A stretch of 64,000 bases of DNA from the NCBI RefSeq assembly GCF_009914755.1, contig NC_060947.1; one strand, 5' to 3'. This DNA is from the human T2T-CHM13v2.0 reference genome, Homo sapiens. The notes below the pieces were generated by a model, which saw only the letters and a program-made list of their open reading frames with translations, was not told the origin of the DNA and searched no databases. Both the position numbers and the translations under genes were made by a program. Shown piece by piece: positions 29,393-49,522 of the stretch (within the stretch, counting starts at the first letter, position 1; the number at the start of each line of letters is the position of its first letter).

Positions 29393-32300
29393 GAGGCAAT
29401 GGTTTAAATGTAAGTAATTTATTTGGCAGATAATCCCAGCAACTATCATTAAGGAAATAGAGAAATAAAAACAAGGAATGGAAAGAAGCCAATAAAATTT
29501 GCATTATTAAGCAAGATCACCAAAGTCAAGGAGAACATAATCTCCCTGGGAGAATGTGCCTCTGATTTATACCAGTCATGGCACAAGGGAGCTGGGATAT
29601 TTATCCAGTAACTCGATCCATCATTGGTTGGGGGTTGCTTGTGGGGAGGATCAGAAAGAGCCCCACTGTCCAAAGAAAGGCTTCAGGCTGAGGGTTGTAG
29701 GTGCTGGCAGCTGGAAGTTGGACAGCATGTATGAACATGGTAAATGCCAAGGGGCTATGGAGGGAGGGCACCAACAGCATCTGTTAGACTTGTTTTCTCC
29801 CAAATGATATTCATAAGGTAGCACAGCTTACTGAGTAAATTTTCTATTACAAGATTTTTTTTCTGTATAAATGGAACTGCTCCTGTAAATCCAACCAACA
29901 TCCTCTCCATGGTATTTGATAGGCATTAACACATATTTTTAACAGTTAATCCATTTTGTGAAATAGTTTCCCTTAACCATAGTTGGTATAATCCCAAGAT
30001 AGAACATATTAGAATTGTCATGAATATAGCTTTTTCAAATTGTTTTATATTTTGTTTACTAATATCTTTTTTAATATTTGGGAATCATGGGGCTTGGGAC
30101 TGAAAGTGGACCAAACCTCACCCCACTCTTATTTGGCCTTGGCGATTCAGTGTACTATCTGTGCTCTCTTGCCATATTTATTGCTAGAGGCAGCCAAAGG
30201 CTGGCCTGTGGGAGTAACTATGGAAAACAAGAGTGTGTACACACTCTCTGAGGACACACCCTAGTTTTGGAACACAACCCCATAAATGAGGAACTCCACA
30301 ATGCTGGCATGTCCAGGGCAAAGTTCTTAGGCTGTTCCATTAACTTTGTGCACCACTTCCATTCTCCTTGAAGCCAACCAACAGCAGTCTAAGCCTAACA
30401 GTTGAGCTCATGGGCTTTGGCACCATGCAGACCCAAGGTAGATTACTATCTCAGCCACTTGGCTTTGCTGCATGACATATTCATTCAGACATAAATGTCA
30501 ATACCTTCCTGGGCATCCTGTGAAAAATCCACTTTCACAAAAGCATTTCAGGACAATGTAGACTTTCTTAACATTTCACAGTAGAGGCCAAGAAAGAGTT
30601 CACATCATTTTCCTCAAAGCAATCAACTTAAAAATTTCAATTGACATTTATATTCTCCCAAGTCCCTTCTTGGCCTTCCTGATACAACGATTTTCTCTCT
30701 GTCCTTCATACAATGCTCACCGTTATAGGCTCCATTCTCTTCATCCTTCCCCTCACTTCTTTTCTCTTCCATTGTGATATGCAGTTGAGCCCCACTTAGC
30801 TCTCCAGCTCATCAACATAAAGGGTTCTCCAGTTAATAGGACCCACCTGCCTTAGAAGAGAAGTGGGATTATGTGTTATTTGTGGCAAGGGGTAAGGGAT
30901 GAGAATTATTTCATACGCCTCATGTATCCATAAAGGACTTCTACTTAATATGTATTTTTGTGTGTATGTATGTTTCCACTTTATTCCCTGAGAACTAATC
31001 ACATGTTGGTAACACTGCCAGCCTCTCTCTGCTCCTTTGTCTATTCCTTTCCAGTAGTGAAGAAGCACAACTTTTCTGATCAGAAACAGTAAGAAAAGGA
31101 ACAAAGTAGATGTGTATGGCAGCCATTCAGGTGTGGCACTTGCAGAACCTCTCAGGAAAGAATTTGCCACTCAGTTGCAAGGAGTGCAGCTGGTTGACAG
31201 CCTCCAACTTTTGAAGGCCACATTCTTCTCGGGAAGCCTAGCCAATGAGGAAACACAGAAGAAATGCTAAGGCCTGACCGTTTCTGCCAATATGGGACTC
31301 AATTAACAGGAATTATTTGCTTTGGAGCTGCCCTAGGTGTTGACTGAGACTTTGTCAAATCTGCATTGAGATCCCAGGCTTGCCCTGACCAAACTTACTT
31401 TCTCCCCTTCGCTCAATCTTGCTTTCTCACCTCTTTCCTTTCATAGGTGTCATAGCCACAGCATGGTCTAAGACTTTCCCTGCCCAGTTTTGCTTCCTCT
31501 CCCTTTCATCTTTCATAAGATTTACCTCCACATATACTGTTTGCACTACTAACTCTGTCTCAGAGTCTGCTTCCAAAAAGACCCAAATAATACAGTGTGG
31601 CTCTACAGCTCTACTTCTCTTTTTCTGTCTCTCTGTCTCTCTCTTATAATTTGTACAGAAGATTCAAACACTCTTACAATCTCCATGTGCTGCATGTCTT
31701 AGGGAATGTTTTTCTGCTACGAGTGGGAGGCTGGATTCTTGGGTATATTGTTAGGGGCACAGTTTTGGGGGGCCCATTATGACTACATATCTAGTCTCAT
31801 TCTGCAATTCAATCTTAATTCGACAAAGGTGATTTTTTATCTCTGTTTTATTCCTGTGTTTTATGTCTCAATTAGTTTGTGACTCTGGAGAGAAATAAAA
31901 AGGGCTGCTTTATTTATCCTTTCCACCCCAGCATGAATAGGGGTTGAATATTTAAAAATTCTTATATGTAATTTAGAAGACTTGAATGATTTTCCAAAGG
32001 CCACATAGGGTATTCATTCTGCTCTATTCTTATGAACTCATTTAAAAAATTCATCCAAAGCATGATCTTAAAAAGTAATGAAAACTGAGCAGAGTGACAG
32101 AAAGAATTTGATTAATAAAGACACTATTGCAATAATTACTTCTGCTGATGGACTTATTGCTTCCTTGAAGATGTAAGGATAGAATGTATGGACCGTGAGC
32201 ATGAGGCTTTCCTAGAATTTTAGTGTGTGTATGTATGCTCAGTGTGTGTGTGTTGCGGGGTGGTTCCTTGGTCCTATACAGGTTGTTCGGAAAGAGGCAC

Positions 32301-32904
32301 TAGCAGACCAGTTTTAGGGTACCAGTCCTTTCACATTCCTGTCTTTGGGAATCACTGTGCATACAGTTTTTGCTGAAGTGTTGGCCTAGGGCACTCCAAC
32401 CTTCCCTACCAGCTGCCTGGCCCAGCTTGCCTCAGGTGCCTTCCCTGTAGTGTCACTCATTGTTGCTGCCCCATCTGTAACCTCTCAGCTTATCCAGGAG
32501 AGCATGTGCAACTTCCGTGGACAGTTACTTCTTCCTATACTACCAGAGGCTTCTTACCTTAAGTACCTGTATTTCTGTGACCTAGGACATTCTCTGGCTA
32601 TGAGAGTATGCTACACTCACTTGTGAGGCAAGCCAGGAAGGGCCAGGCAATTTAATGACCTAGAAGTGACTTTCACAAATGAAGAACAGAATTTGGTGGG
32701 TACCTCTCCAATTTCCTTCCTTCTCTTGGAGGGATAATTCTAGGGCATGATGTCTCATGATTAGCAGCATGAGAGATAGCAAAGCCTCTCAGCAGGTCCC
32801 TAGTGGATTGAGCTCCCTCGTAATAACTCACTCATGAATGTGCCTTTTATTGAATGTCTTCCCCTTTCTCATTTTTCCCCTCTATGCTTCCTGGTATTAC
32901 TCCT

Positions 32905-33270
32905 TGCTATGCACTGAATGCTTGTAACCCCTCAAAATTTACATGTTGAAATGCTAATCTTCAGTATGATGGTATTTGGAGATGAGGCCTTTGGAAGGTA
33001 ATCAGGTTACTAGGGCGGAGCCCTCATTATGTGATTAATGCACTGAGAAGACACGAGAGAGGTTGTTTTCCTCCTTCTCTGCTCTCCACCATATGAGGAT
33101 ACTGCGAAAAGACTACCAGTTTCAAACCAGAAAGAGAGCTCTCACCAGCACCCAACCATGCTGGCATCCTGATTTCAGACTGCTGGCTTTCAAAATAGTG
33201 AAAAAAATATTATTTTTCTTTCAGCTACCCAGTCTATGGTAATCTGTTTTAGCAGCCCAAACTAAGACAT
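32905..33270 (+). mobile_element. MLT1-type LTR embedded in an older ERVL LTR remnant
   Basis: TGCTATGCACTGAATG..CATGTTGAAATGCTAA..AGCAGCCCAAACTAAGACA. Confidence 0.7.
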
Positions 33271-34149
33271 CCCCTAAATAAACTGCTTGTATCTAAACCC
33301 TTCTCCCAGGATCATCTTTTCGGAGAACTCAAGCTAAGATACTACCCCCGCTCTTACCAGATTTTTTGGGGAAATTAAAAGAAAGGGTGAGGGTAAGAAA
33401 ACAGAAAGGAGCAGACATGTGGAATTTAGCGGAGTTGCAGAAACTATGGAGATTTGGGGTGAAGAACAAGGAACTCCTATGGTGACTTTCTCCAAAAAGG
33501 CTTTGAGAAAACAACCCCTCTCTATTACCAACTCCCAAGGCACAGTCTCATATCCATGAGCAACCCCACTTCTAGTTTATGTGTGATTCAGTTTTTTCCA
33601 AGCTAAACCTGCTTGACTTGACGAGAAGGCCAAATAAATTCAAGCTTGCTCCAAACATGTCTCTTTAGATCAGGTTATTCTCATTTGTAATGAAGAAACT
33701 GAGGCAGCTAGCAGGTTGATCATTCGTAACACTCTTTTTTAACTATAACATTCTAAAATGTGGGAGCAGCTCTCGTCCCAATAGCAATCCATGATTAAAT
33801 AACTATGAAGTTTGGAAGTTGGGCCTGTAAACATTTCTATAGAGAGCTACTTCATTCATTTTGTTTTATTCGATTCATGTTAGTTTCTAATCAGTTCCCA
33901 AAGAGGGTGGAGTATCCTCTTTGAAGGCCCATAGTTTTATATGACTTCACCTTTCTCAGACAACCCAGTGATTTGTAATCAAGAATGAATATTTCTGCCA
34001 AGTAAAAAATGTTTAACATTATCCCAGCTTAGTAAGGGGAAAGGCAGGGGATAAGGGTGGGTAGCAGGTAGAACCTTCATTAGAGTGAGATGGCTCCCTG
34101 AGGAAAACAACTGCAACTGTGTTTTTCGAGTTCTATTCTCAATTTTTTG

Positions 34150-34444
34150 TTTTCTTTTTTGAGAAAGAGCCTGGCTCTGTGACTCAGGCTGGAGTGTAGT
34201 GGGGCGATCTCGACTCACTACAACCTTCGCCCTGCTGGGCTCAAGCGATCCTCCCACCTCAGCCTCCCAAGTAGTTGGGACCACAGGCATGCACCACCAC
34301 ATCTGGCTAATTTTTTGTAATTTTAGTAGAGATAGGGTCTTGCCATGTTGCCTGGGCTGGTCTCGAACTCCTGAGCTCAAGCTGTCTACCTGCCTCAGCC
34401 TCCCAAAGTGTTGGGATTATAAGCATGGGCCACTGTGCCCGGCT
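34150..34444 (-). mobile_element. Alu (AluJ-type)
   Basis: Reverse Alu with CTGGGCTCAAGCGATCCTCCCACC. Confidence 0.9.
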
Positions 34445-35509
34445 CAAGCTCTGTTCTATTCAGCCAATTACCTCAGCACAGGACAGGGCAAGGAAATGGG
34501 GCCGGGGAAGGGGTCCCTGTTACTATGGTTGGTGCCTTGGGAAATATATTCCTTGGGGCTATTATTACTGCCTATTACATAAGTAAGCTCAATTAAAGCC
34601 AGGCTTATCAGTCAAAAATCTCTGCAACCAATCAATAAAGGACTCAGGATATGCAAACCGTAGTGTCATCCAACTCATGTGTTTTTAGATTTTGAGATAA
34701 TATTTTTTGAATTCCTGTAGAGGAAGGAATACCTACATAGCATTGGCTCCTAAGAAAGTGACTCAGCAGGCCCCATCAAAGATTGCCATTGAATCAGGCC
34801 GTAGGGTTTGGCAGGAGGAGGAGGGCTGGAGAATAGTACAAGCTGAGGGCTGAATCACACTGGCTGGCACTGCAAAGAACCCCATCTAACTCTAGTTAAT
34901 GCCAGCATTCCATCTAGTTTAGCTCACAAATGGATTTTAGGTACTTCCTGCCATGTAGACTTTCTTGCTTCTCATGCTGTGCTGAAAATAACCTGCTAAG
35001 AAACCTGGAAGACCCCCCTCCCCTTGCTTAACCAAATGTCAAAGATTTATTACCAATAATGGACAAACTAACATCATGTGCCTCTTGTTGTGGTGCTGTA
35101 ACAGGGACACACAGCCATTTAAGTAGTATTTCTGCCAGAAGAGTACCTAAACCAACTGTAATCATGAGGAAACATCAGACAAACTCAAACTGAGAGATAT
35201 TTTACAAAACAGCAGGCCTGTGTTCTTCAAGAATGTCCATGTCATAAAACACAAAGAAAGACTGGGAACTAGTCCATGTTAAAGGAGGCCAGAGAGACGT
35301 GACAACTAAGTGCAACACATTAACATGGATTATATTTAGGAGGAAAAAGAATAGAATGACCAGAAAAACTTTGTTGCAACAACTGTGAAAACTGAATATG
35401 GACTGTATATTATATAATAAAGAGCATGGTATCAATGTTAAATTTCTGGAATTGGATACACGTACTATGGTTTTGTAAGAGAATTTTTTTCTTTTGTTTG
35501 CTTTTCTTT

Positions 35510-35670
35510 TAATATTTTTAGAGACAGGGTCTTGCTCTGTCACCCAGGCTGCCTTACATTGGCTTGGTCATAGGCCACTGTAACCTTCAACTCCTAAGCT
35601 GAAGAGATCCTCTTGCCTTGGCCTCCCAAAGTGCTGGGATTACAAGTGTGAGCCATGGTGCCTGTCCCAG
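35510..35670 (-). mobile_element. Alu monomer/FLAM-like element inside an old L1M 3' region (35040-35800)
   Basis: GAGACAGGGTCTTGCTCTGTCACCCAGGCT..CCCAAAGTGCTGGGATTACA. Confidence 0.7.
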
Positions 35671-37481
35671 AATTCTTGTTCTTGGGAAATATATGAAGTT
35701 AGCTGCATCTGTCTGTCTCTTCATTCAGGTATTTCAGTGTGTGTTTGTGTGTCTGTGACACACATTTGTAAAATGTTAAAAATTGATCTATCTAAACGTA
35801 GAAAGTTATGTGTATTATACTTTATAATAACACTTTGACAGAGAAACAAGGACATCGTAAAATTGTACCCAGCTGGTGTAAGTGGTGAAACTATCAATCC
35901 AAATACATGGAATATTGTCTAAAGTTTATAAGAACCAAATTTATACAAATTATATGTTAAGATTATGGCGCAACTTAATGGAAGTCTTATATTTATATTT
36001 GTATACACTTAAATATTATTATAATTAATAAAAACTTAACCAATCTACAAATGAAGTGTAAGAAATTTAGGTATTTATCTTAACTGTTTTCAAGATAATT
36101 AATAAACTAAAAGTCTTAGACAAACTACAGAAAGTCATGTGTATTGTATATGCAACTATTTTGCAAGTTTTAAATTATTTCTAAACAAAAATTTAAACAA
36201 TACCAAATTATTTATTATTATTATTTTATGAAAAGTAAATTACATACAGAAAATTTTTCTGCAAGATCCTGCTCCCATAGTAAAGTAGAAAGGGAATGGG
36301 CCTGGAGCACCTGAGAACTGGTTACTCCTAGCTCCACCATTAAATAACTGAGCATTGTGGGAGAAAGTCACTAAATTACCCGAGACTCAATTTTCTGTAA
36401 AATCGACTCCTCACATTTGCAGGACTTCTCTTCCCACATCTTCACTCTAAGAACACCAAATCATAAACTCCTTTTCAAGTGTATTTATTCTTTATTGATT
36501 AATTTAAATATAGCACCCTTCTTCCTGAGAGCAAAGCCACAAACCACCAACAATGACCGACTTCAAAATAAATGTCTGCAAATGCAATTAAGTGCATTTT
36601 AGAATAGACTTGTACTAACAGGAAGTATAATTAACTCAGAGGCATTCTTATGGAGTAATCCCAGGTTTGTTATATAGGTTCATTTCATCCATAAAGTCAG
36701 GAGAATACAATTGAGTTGTACAGAACATCAGCATATCTGACACATTTTAATAAGGGAGATACAGATTATATCCCAAATAAATTAAGAAATGGCAAAAAAT
36801 AGTAATGAATAGTTTCGTTAACAAATTATGACATGATCTGCTGGCAATATTAGTCTGACTCCTACTGATGCAATAAGGCTGACAGCTAGCTGCAAAAGTA
36901 ATTAATCTGAACAGAAATTGACTGTGAACTGTGCTTGGCTTAAACTTGGACTAACCATCCTGCTGACCTAAGAGAAATCCATGCAGTAAATTGCTTCAAG
37001 AGACACAGGATACAGAAAATTCTGCTTTAAAATGGTAAAGTATCATTTTCATTTTGAGACCTACTTTCAGGCACTAAATTAAATTTTAGATGACCTCAGC
37101 TTTTATCCTGTCTCTAAAAGATCCAACTCAGAAATTTGTCATGCTTCCAGTTTCCAAAACCTAGTATTGGTAGTTTTTCTGAGATGAATTCCAAGGCTCG
37201 TTCAGCTTGGTTAGGTAATTATAGTTATTATCATGAAAAAAACTAGGTCAGATCAGTTCAATTTTTTTTCTTTTTTCTTTTGCAAAAAAGAATAATATGT
37301 GAATGTTTTAGACAGGTCATTTTGTATTCAGCAACTAACTCTGGCTTTTATTACTTGGCCACGACATTGGTAGAGGTCAACTGCAAAGCAATGAGCAGGC
37401 AGGCTAGAGTAACTTATGTCAGGCGTGTGACAGCTGCATAGTGTTGCAGCATTGGCTTTTTCCTCAACACGGATATACTGA

Positions 37482-37934
<453 letters not shown>

Positions 37935-38069
37935 TAAAATGGGAATATGATTTTATTTCCTGAAAATCAGTGACTGAACAAAGAAAAAAGAACAAAGAGA
38001 AGATAGAACAAAGAGTTTTTACTCCACAAGGAATTGTGCATGTGGAAATGTATTATCTTCTTTTTGCTT

Positions 38070-38950
38070 TTCCCCAAAGCTCCTCTGAAATGAGAGGAAA
38101 GCGGATGTTTTAAAGACAGAAACCTAAAAGGGTAAGTACAATAGGAGATAAGATATCAGCAACACAATTTGGAAACTGGAAAGCAGTAAATGACCTAGGA
38201 AACCTAAGAAATGTAATTTCTAAACTGGCAGGGAGGAAAGCTGAGAACCAATCTGATCCACCCAGAAGCACCCTGAAAAGCTTAGGACTGGTGCTAATAG
38301 TAAACCCTGAAAATTGGGGTGAGGACAGGGCTAAAAGCAGAAGGATTAGGTGAACTTCTGTGTACAAAGCATTTGGAATCCAGTACACCTCCCTCACCAT
38401 GTGCAGCATTTGGCTGTCCTGCCCACACTCAAGCAACAACTGGGGATTAGTCTATGGAGAGGATAAGGCAAGGAATTTCAGGACCAGAGAACACCGGGCA
38501 CAGCTGAGATCAGAAGTACTGTGTGAAAACTTGGGGATTAAATAAACATTTATAGACAAAATTTGAGATGCTGCATCTCCCAGATTTCTTCCTCCACTCA
38601 GCTCCTGTAGCAATGGCAGTCTGACTTGTGACCTCCAGGCAGGTTATTGGATAGTCCTTCTCTGTAGATGTTTACATTAAATGTTCCCCAAGGGAATAGG
38701 ACAGTCATGTCACCACATTACCATGTTACCCACACTCGGCAAAACCCAACTAACTCCCATAGAGTTTTCAGTCAGTTTTTCAATACATCATATTTAAGGA
38801 TGAACAGATAAACCAAATAAAGTAATTTTCTGAGAAAATCCTCCAGACTGAAAGATGGAGGCCAAAAAAAACAAAACAAACATACAATTAAAAATGGAAT
38901 GTGGGAGGACAAACTGAATTTGTAAGGAGAAGATAATTTTAAAGAATAAA
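38070..38950 (+). mobile_element. Old L1M 5'-region fragment
   Basis: Degenerate L1M 5'UTR-like purine-rich sequence. Confidence 0.45.
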
Positions 38951-38952
38951 AT

Positions 38953-44465
<5,513 letters not shown>

Positions 44466-44574
44466 TGATCCAAAATCATCTTTTCAACAAAACTATTTCT
44501 TCTCTCAGCTGTACTTTGTCAACATGTTAAAAATACCCTTGGTAATTTACCTGTGCATTGATAACTAACTATGA

Positions 44575-44930
44575 CGGTTCTCAGTCTTTGTTGCTTATTA
44601 GAATCACCTGGGCAATTTAAAAAATATGCATTGCTCAGAACACACCCCCAACACGTTAAATCAGAATTTATGTGGGTGGAATACAGGCCTCAGTAGTTTG
44701 TAAAGCTTCCCAGGTGGTTCAAATGTGCATCCTGTACTGAGAACCAGTGAACTAGAGTTTTATTACTCAAACTGTGGTCCATGGACTGGAAGAATCAGTA
44801 TCACTCAGAAACGTGTCAGAAGTACAAAATCTTAGGCCTCATTCCAAACCTAGAAAATAAGAATCTGCATTTAAACAACATTTGCAGGTGATCTACATGC
44901 ATGTTAAAGGTTGAGAAGCGTTATTTTAGA
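44575..44930. mobile_element. MER5A/B remnants
   Basis: TTAGAATCACCTGGG, CTGAGAACCAGTG, GAATCTGCATTTAAACAA. Confidence 0.65.
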
Positions 44931-47900
44931 GTGCTCAAATGAATCATTGGGGTTAATAAGATCAAGGTCATGAGTGTTACCTTTGTTCCAACCTCCGTTT
45001 TGCTGTGTTTGAGGCAGACAGTCATGAGCATTTGTGTTTAACGGTTTCTGATTTTAAGGCCATGGGTGTGGATAGTCTTTTGTGTCCAAGGTAGATGCAT
45101 GTTTGTAATGATCTCCCAAAGGCAAGGGATGATTCTGTTTCTTGTTAGGAGTTCCTCATTACCCCAGGAAATCAGTTCATTAATAATATTGATTACTCTG
45201 CCACCATTTATGAACCTCATTCCACAAGACCCTTCACAATCAGATTCTACTTACTTCAGTCACATTGCCGCAAAATCCCATGGTCTTTCACAAATCTGTG
45301 TTGATTCATGTTACACAGTGCTGGGCACAAAGAGAGCCCTCAATAAATATTAGCTAGCTATTATTACTTCTGCCTTGAAATGGGAAAACATCTCAGCTGG
45401 AGCATCTTTTTCCCTCCTTCCTCACCTGGAAAATGCAAATTTAGCATTCAAAAACTGACCCTGCGTAGCTCGCCCTAAGTGCCCTCAGGTGAGGGTCCAT
45501 CCTGTATGCCACCTCCTGTGATTAGAATTAATCTGCTGTGGGTGCTGTAGCCCTTCCTACTCTGGGCGCTCCTTCAGAAGAGGGACCAGATGTCCTTGAA
45601 CATCTAGGACTCCTAAGCCCTCCTTAAATATGTATATAATGGATCAATAATTGAAACCAAAAATCATCTCCCCGCATGGAGATTTGCCATGTACATGGCA
45701 GAGTTTCTACTCAGGCAAAATAGAAAACCACTAGAAAACATCTGGTTTTGAAAATGATGGAGTTATGAGATGCATTTTTTATGAGGCAGTTACGGTTTAA
45801 AGGAAAAATTTTAAATAATGCATTCTGTAAATTCCTGAACTATAGTCTTTACTTCATCTATATGGCTTCCAAGGAAAATTCCATATTAAAAGAATTGGAC
45901 TTTTATTGTTTTATGCATTAATTTATTCACTCACTTATTACTCAACAGTAAATCACTTTAAATATCTATTCTAAAGAATTATATGTTTTAAATGCCTACA
46001 ATAGGGCATGAAAATATGAAAGTATCACCCCCTAGCAGGATTAAGTGGAAATATCATGGTATGATAATAACTTACAAAGAGAGATAGTGTATATTTTGCA
46101 ATTAGGCAAAATATTCCACATTTGCTGTGGAGAGCACAAGGATCCCTTTTTAGGGGATTTTGTGGCCCTTCCTCATTTTGGTGTGCTTTCAACAACCAGG
46201 GAGCTTTTCTTCAGGAGGAAGATGTCACTCGGGCTACTGGAACTGCTTTACAATGATTGCAGATGCGGAAGTATGAAATCATAACTTCTTTGATTCAGAT
46301 TTGGACAACTCTGAAGGGTAACTTACACTCCAGAGTTTACTCCTGATAACATGTTGAAGCTATCCTCTGTGAGACTGGATCTAAAATGGTACTTTGACTT
46401 GTCATTTTATCTTTTCCTTTTTGCTTCTCTCATTCCCAGTAGAAGGTCCCCCAGTCTCCCAGGAATATCTTTACTAAATCCGTTGCATGTCAGTCCTCTT
46501 CTCAGGGTCTCTTTCTGAGAATCACGACTTAAGGCACTTTTTAATGCTATATTTCTACATAGATATATAAATACACATACATAGAGTTTTACACACTCAG
46601 CATTCTTTAATACTTTTTTTATTTTGCATTTGTCAATTAGTCATTTATGTTTTTATATATCTGTATTTTCCATTGGGTTAAAGGGTCCTTATGAATGGGA
46701 ACTGATTTATTCCCATTGTGCCCCTGTTCTCTGCCCTCTCCCTAATCCAATACCTCATAGACTCCCATACAGAGTAAGTGCTCAAAGATGTTGTTTGTGT
46801 TTTTTCAAATAGGATAGAATACACATTCATTTTATACACATATGCATTAATTAAGAAAGTCAAATGTGATATCTGAAGAACTGTAACCACATGTTATTAA
46901 AGGTTCTTTTTTCTGGGCAGGCAGAGCATATATTTAGCAGTGTTATGCTTAAAAATAACCAAGTGAAATTTTCTTTGAAATGAATTTATCATTAAAAGTA
47001 GTTTAATGTAAGAAATGGTGAAAATAATTATACCACTACAAATTCTGTCTTTTGGACTATTTTGTGATTAATGCCTACTAAAATTATTCAAATGTAATCT
47101 GACAGATTTTTCAAAAAGCCATAATTAGAAATGAAAAAGGAGATAAGAAGTTTCATCAAATCTCTTTTCTTTGCCATCAAAACTAGTCTTACCCAGTTTC
47201 CTTTCATGAATTCTGTTCCCCTAACATATTTTCAGTTCAGCCACATTTGGGATACAGACATGCAAAACTCTCACAGCACGCAAATGAGATTAGCAACCTG
47301 GTTGCCGAGCAAAATGCACCTTTTCTCTATCGCCTAGCAGGGACATCCCCCTGGACAGGAAAAGTGGCCTTTCCTGAGTATGTCTGCTTTAACTCCATTA
47401 CCTACAATGCCTTGGGATATTCTTCCCATCAAGCACTTGGACAATGAATTTCAGAAGTCATCCTATCAGATTAAATTGATCTCTACCTTCAACCAATTCC
47501 CATGCAAATTAGGCTTCCATAAACATGTAGCATGACCAAAAGAAAAAGCTGTTGCAGAAATTCTAAAGAACCTAAAGTATTTTTTTCATCACTTGTCACA
47601 CGTGTTAAAGAAAAGTCATTTTTCCATGAGCTTCCCCATGCCTGAGTTGCTGCCTCATGCCAGCTCTTTATAAAAGTTCACAATTGTTTCAATGTGGTTG
47701 TTGCTATTTTCACTGTATAGTTCTTCATTCATCGTCATGGTTGGCCCTTAATACAAAGGTACGAGAAAGTATTACCGGAGGATAGCATGCTACTAGCATC
47801 AGGGTATGTAGACAGAAATGTGACTTTCTAAGATAAGGCCAAAAAATGATGGTGCCTTTGTGCAAGAGAAAAGTGTTTTTCTGTTTCTTTCAATAATTAC

Positions 47901-49324
47901 CTATATCACAATCACTTGGGAGGGCTTGTTAAAAACAAAATTCTCAGGATCCATTCTTTGAATCCAAATTTCTAGAGATAAGACCATTCCATTTATCAAG
48001 CTCCACTTGACCATCACTGATTGCCCCAGGAGTAAGCCTATGACTCAAACAGAGCTAATGAGAGTTCTTCCTTAGAATTTTAAATTTATGGCCACTGGAC
48101 TGGGTGCTACGTGAGGATCTGGAACTTTGTTTTGCTCTCTGATATATCTCTATCCCCTTGAATAATGATGGTTACATAGCAGGAGCTTATTAAATTGAAT
48201 TAGTGGAGTAAGTCTCAGTTTCCCTTTGATGGACAACATTGTGAATTGTGAGGCAGCCATATTCCCCTATGCTTAGAGGAATACAAACAGAATGAGACTG
48301 TTCTAACAACACTCAAGTTCCTAATTCCAGTTGTCTTTTCTGCCTAGCTATTTCCCTGTCATTCCCCTGGCTTTATGAGCCAATGAATTGTCCAAATTTG
48401 CTTAATTTGAATTTCAAACTAAAGCAGTTTAATAAACATAGCTAAGATCTTATAATCTCTTATTTTTTAATTATTTTATTATATTTTTACCACACTTGAG
48501 CTTACAACCAACTTCTAAAATAGATTTAAAATCTGAGATGCTAAAAAGTAGAGAAGACTTGCCTCAGGTCACATGCTAGTGTATGGAAAAACCGGAAATA
48601 AATTTTTTATTAAATCTTCCTTCTTGGTGGAAAAGGATAAGTAAAACTTGGAGGAGATTGAGAACTTTGAGGTGTTTTTACCTGTAATGCTTTCCAATTA
48701 GCTTAGCATTATAGCAAAACTGGTTCAGTGATGATGGAGGGTTTCAGCCACTGGGCACTTGCAGAAATCTCATTGTACTAAAGACAGATTATCTGATACA
48801 TTGTTGTCTACCCCAAATAAATGTATTATCTGTCAATGGAAAGTAAGAGTAAGGGGAATCACTGATGTTAACTTAATATTAACCACAAGGAAAAAGTGGG
48901 TAGTGATGGTGGTAATTCAGAAGTGTTAGGAATAGGAAGAGTAGTACATTGTTGTCATACACATTGTCTGACATAGATCCTGGATATGTCTGGGCTCATA
49001 TTTGGGAAGCAGTTATTTCATAATTCTCACAGACAGGAATAAACCCTTTGACAGTTGCTTCATAAGTGTGGGGGTGAAACACTCAAACAAGCTGGGAAGA
49101 TTTTGCTTGCCCAGCAGCCCACAGCCTTTGCTTTGGCATCAACACCCTAAATTTTCATTGGGGAATCACTTCTTTCCCACTCTCATAACATGTTCCCAGG
49201 CATAAGCATGTGACCAAAGTTTGGCCAACCAGGTTGGTTCTGGAATGGGCATGTGACCAAAATTAGGCCAAAGAGAGTCAAAATCTTGAGAGAAACACTC
49301 CTTTTCTTCATTTTATTTATTTAT

Positions 49325-49522
49325 TAAATTTAACTTTTATTTTAAGTTCGAGGTACATGTGCAGGTTTGTTGTACAGGTAAACACATGTCATGCGGGTTT
49401 GTTGTACAAATTATTTTGTCACCCAGGTATTAAGCCTTGTACCCATCAGTTATTTTTCCTGATCCTCTCCCTCCTCCCACTGTCCACCGCCCCAGTGTCT
49501 GTGGTTCCCCTTTATGTGTCCA
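49325..49522 (-). mobile_element. Old L1P 3' UTR fragment
   Basis: TTTTATTTTAAGTTC.AGGTACATGTGCAGGTTTGTT..CACCCAGGTATTAAGCC. Confidence 0.75.
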
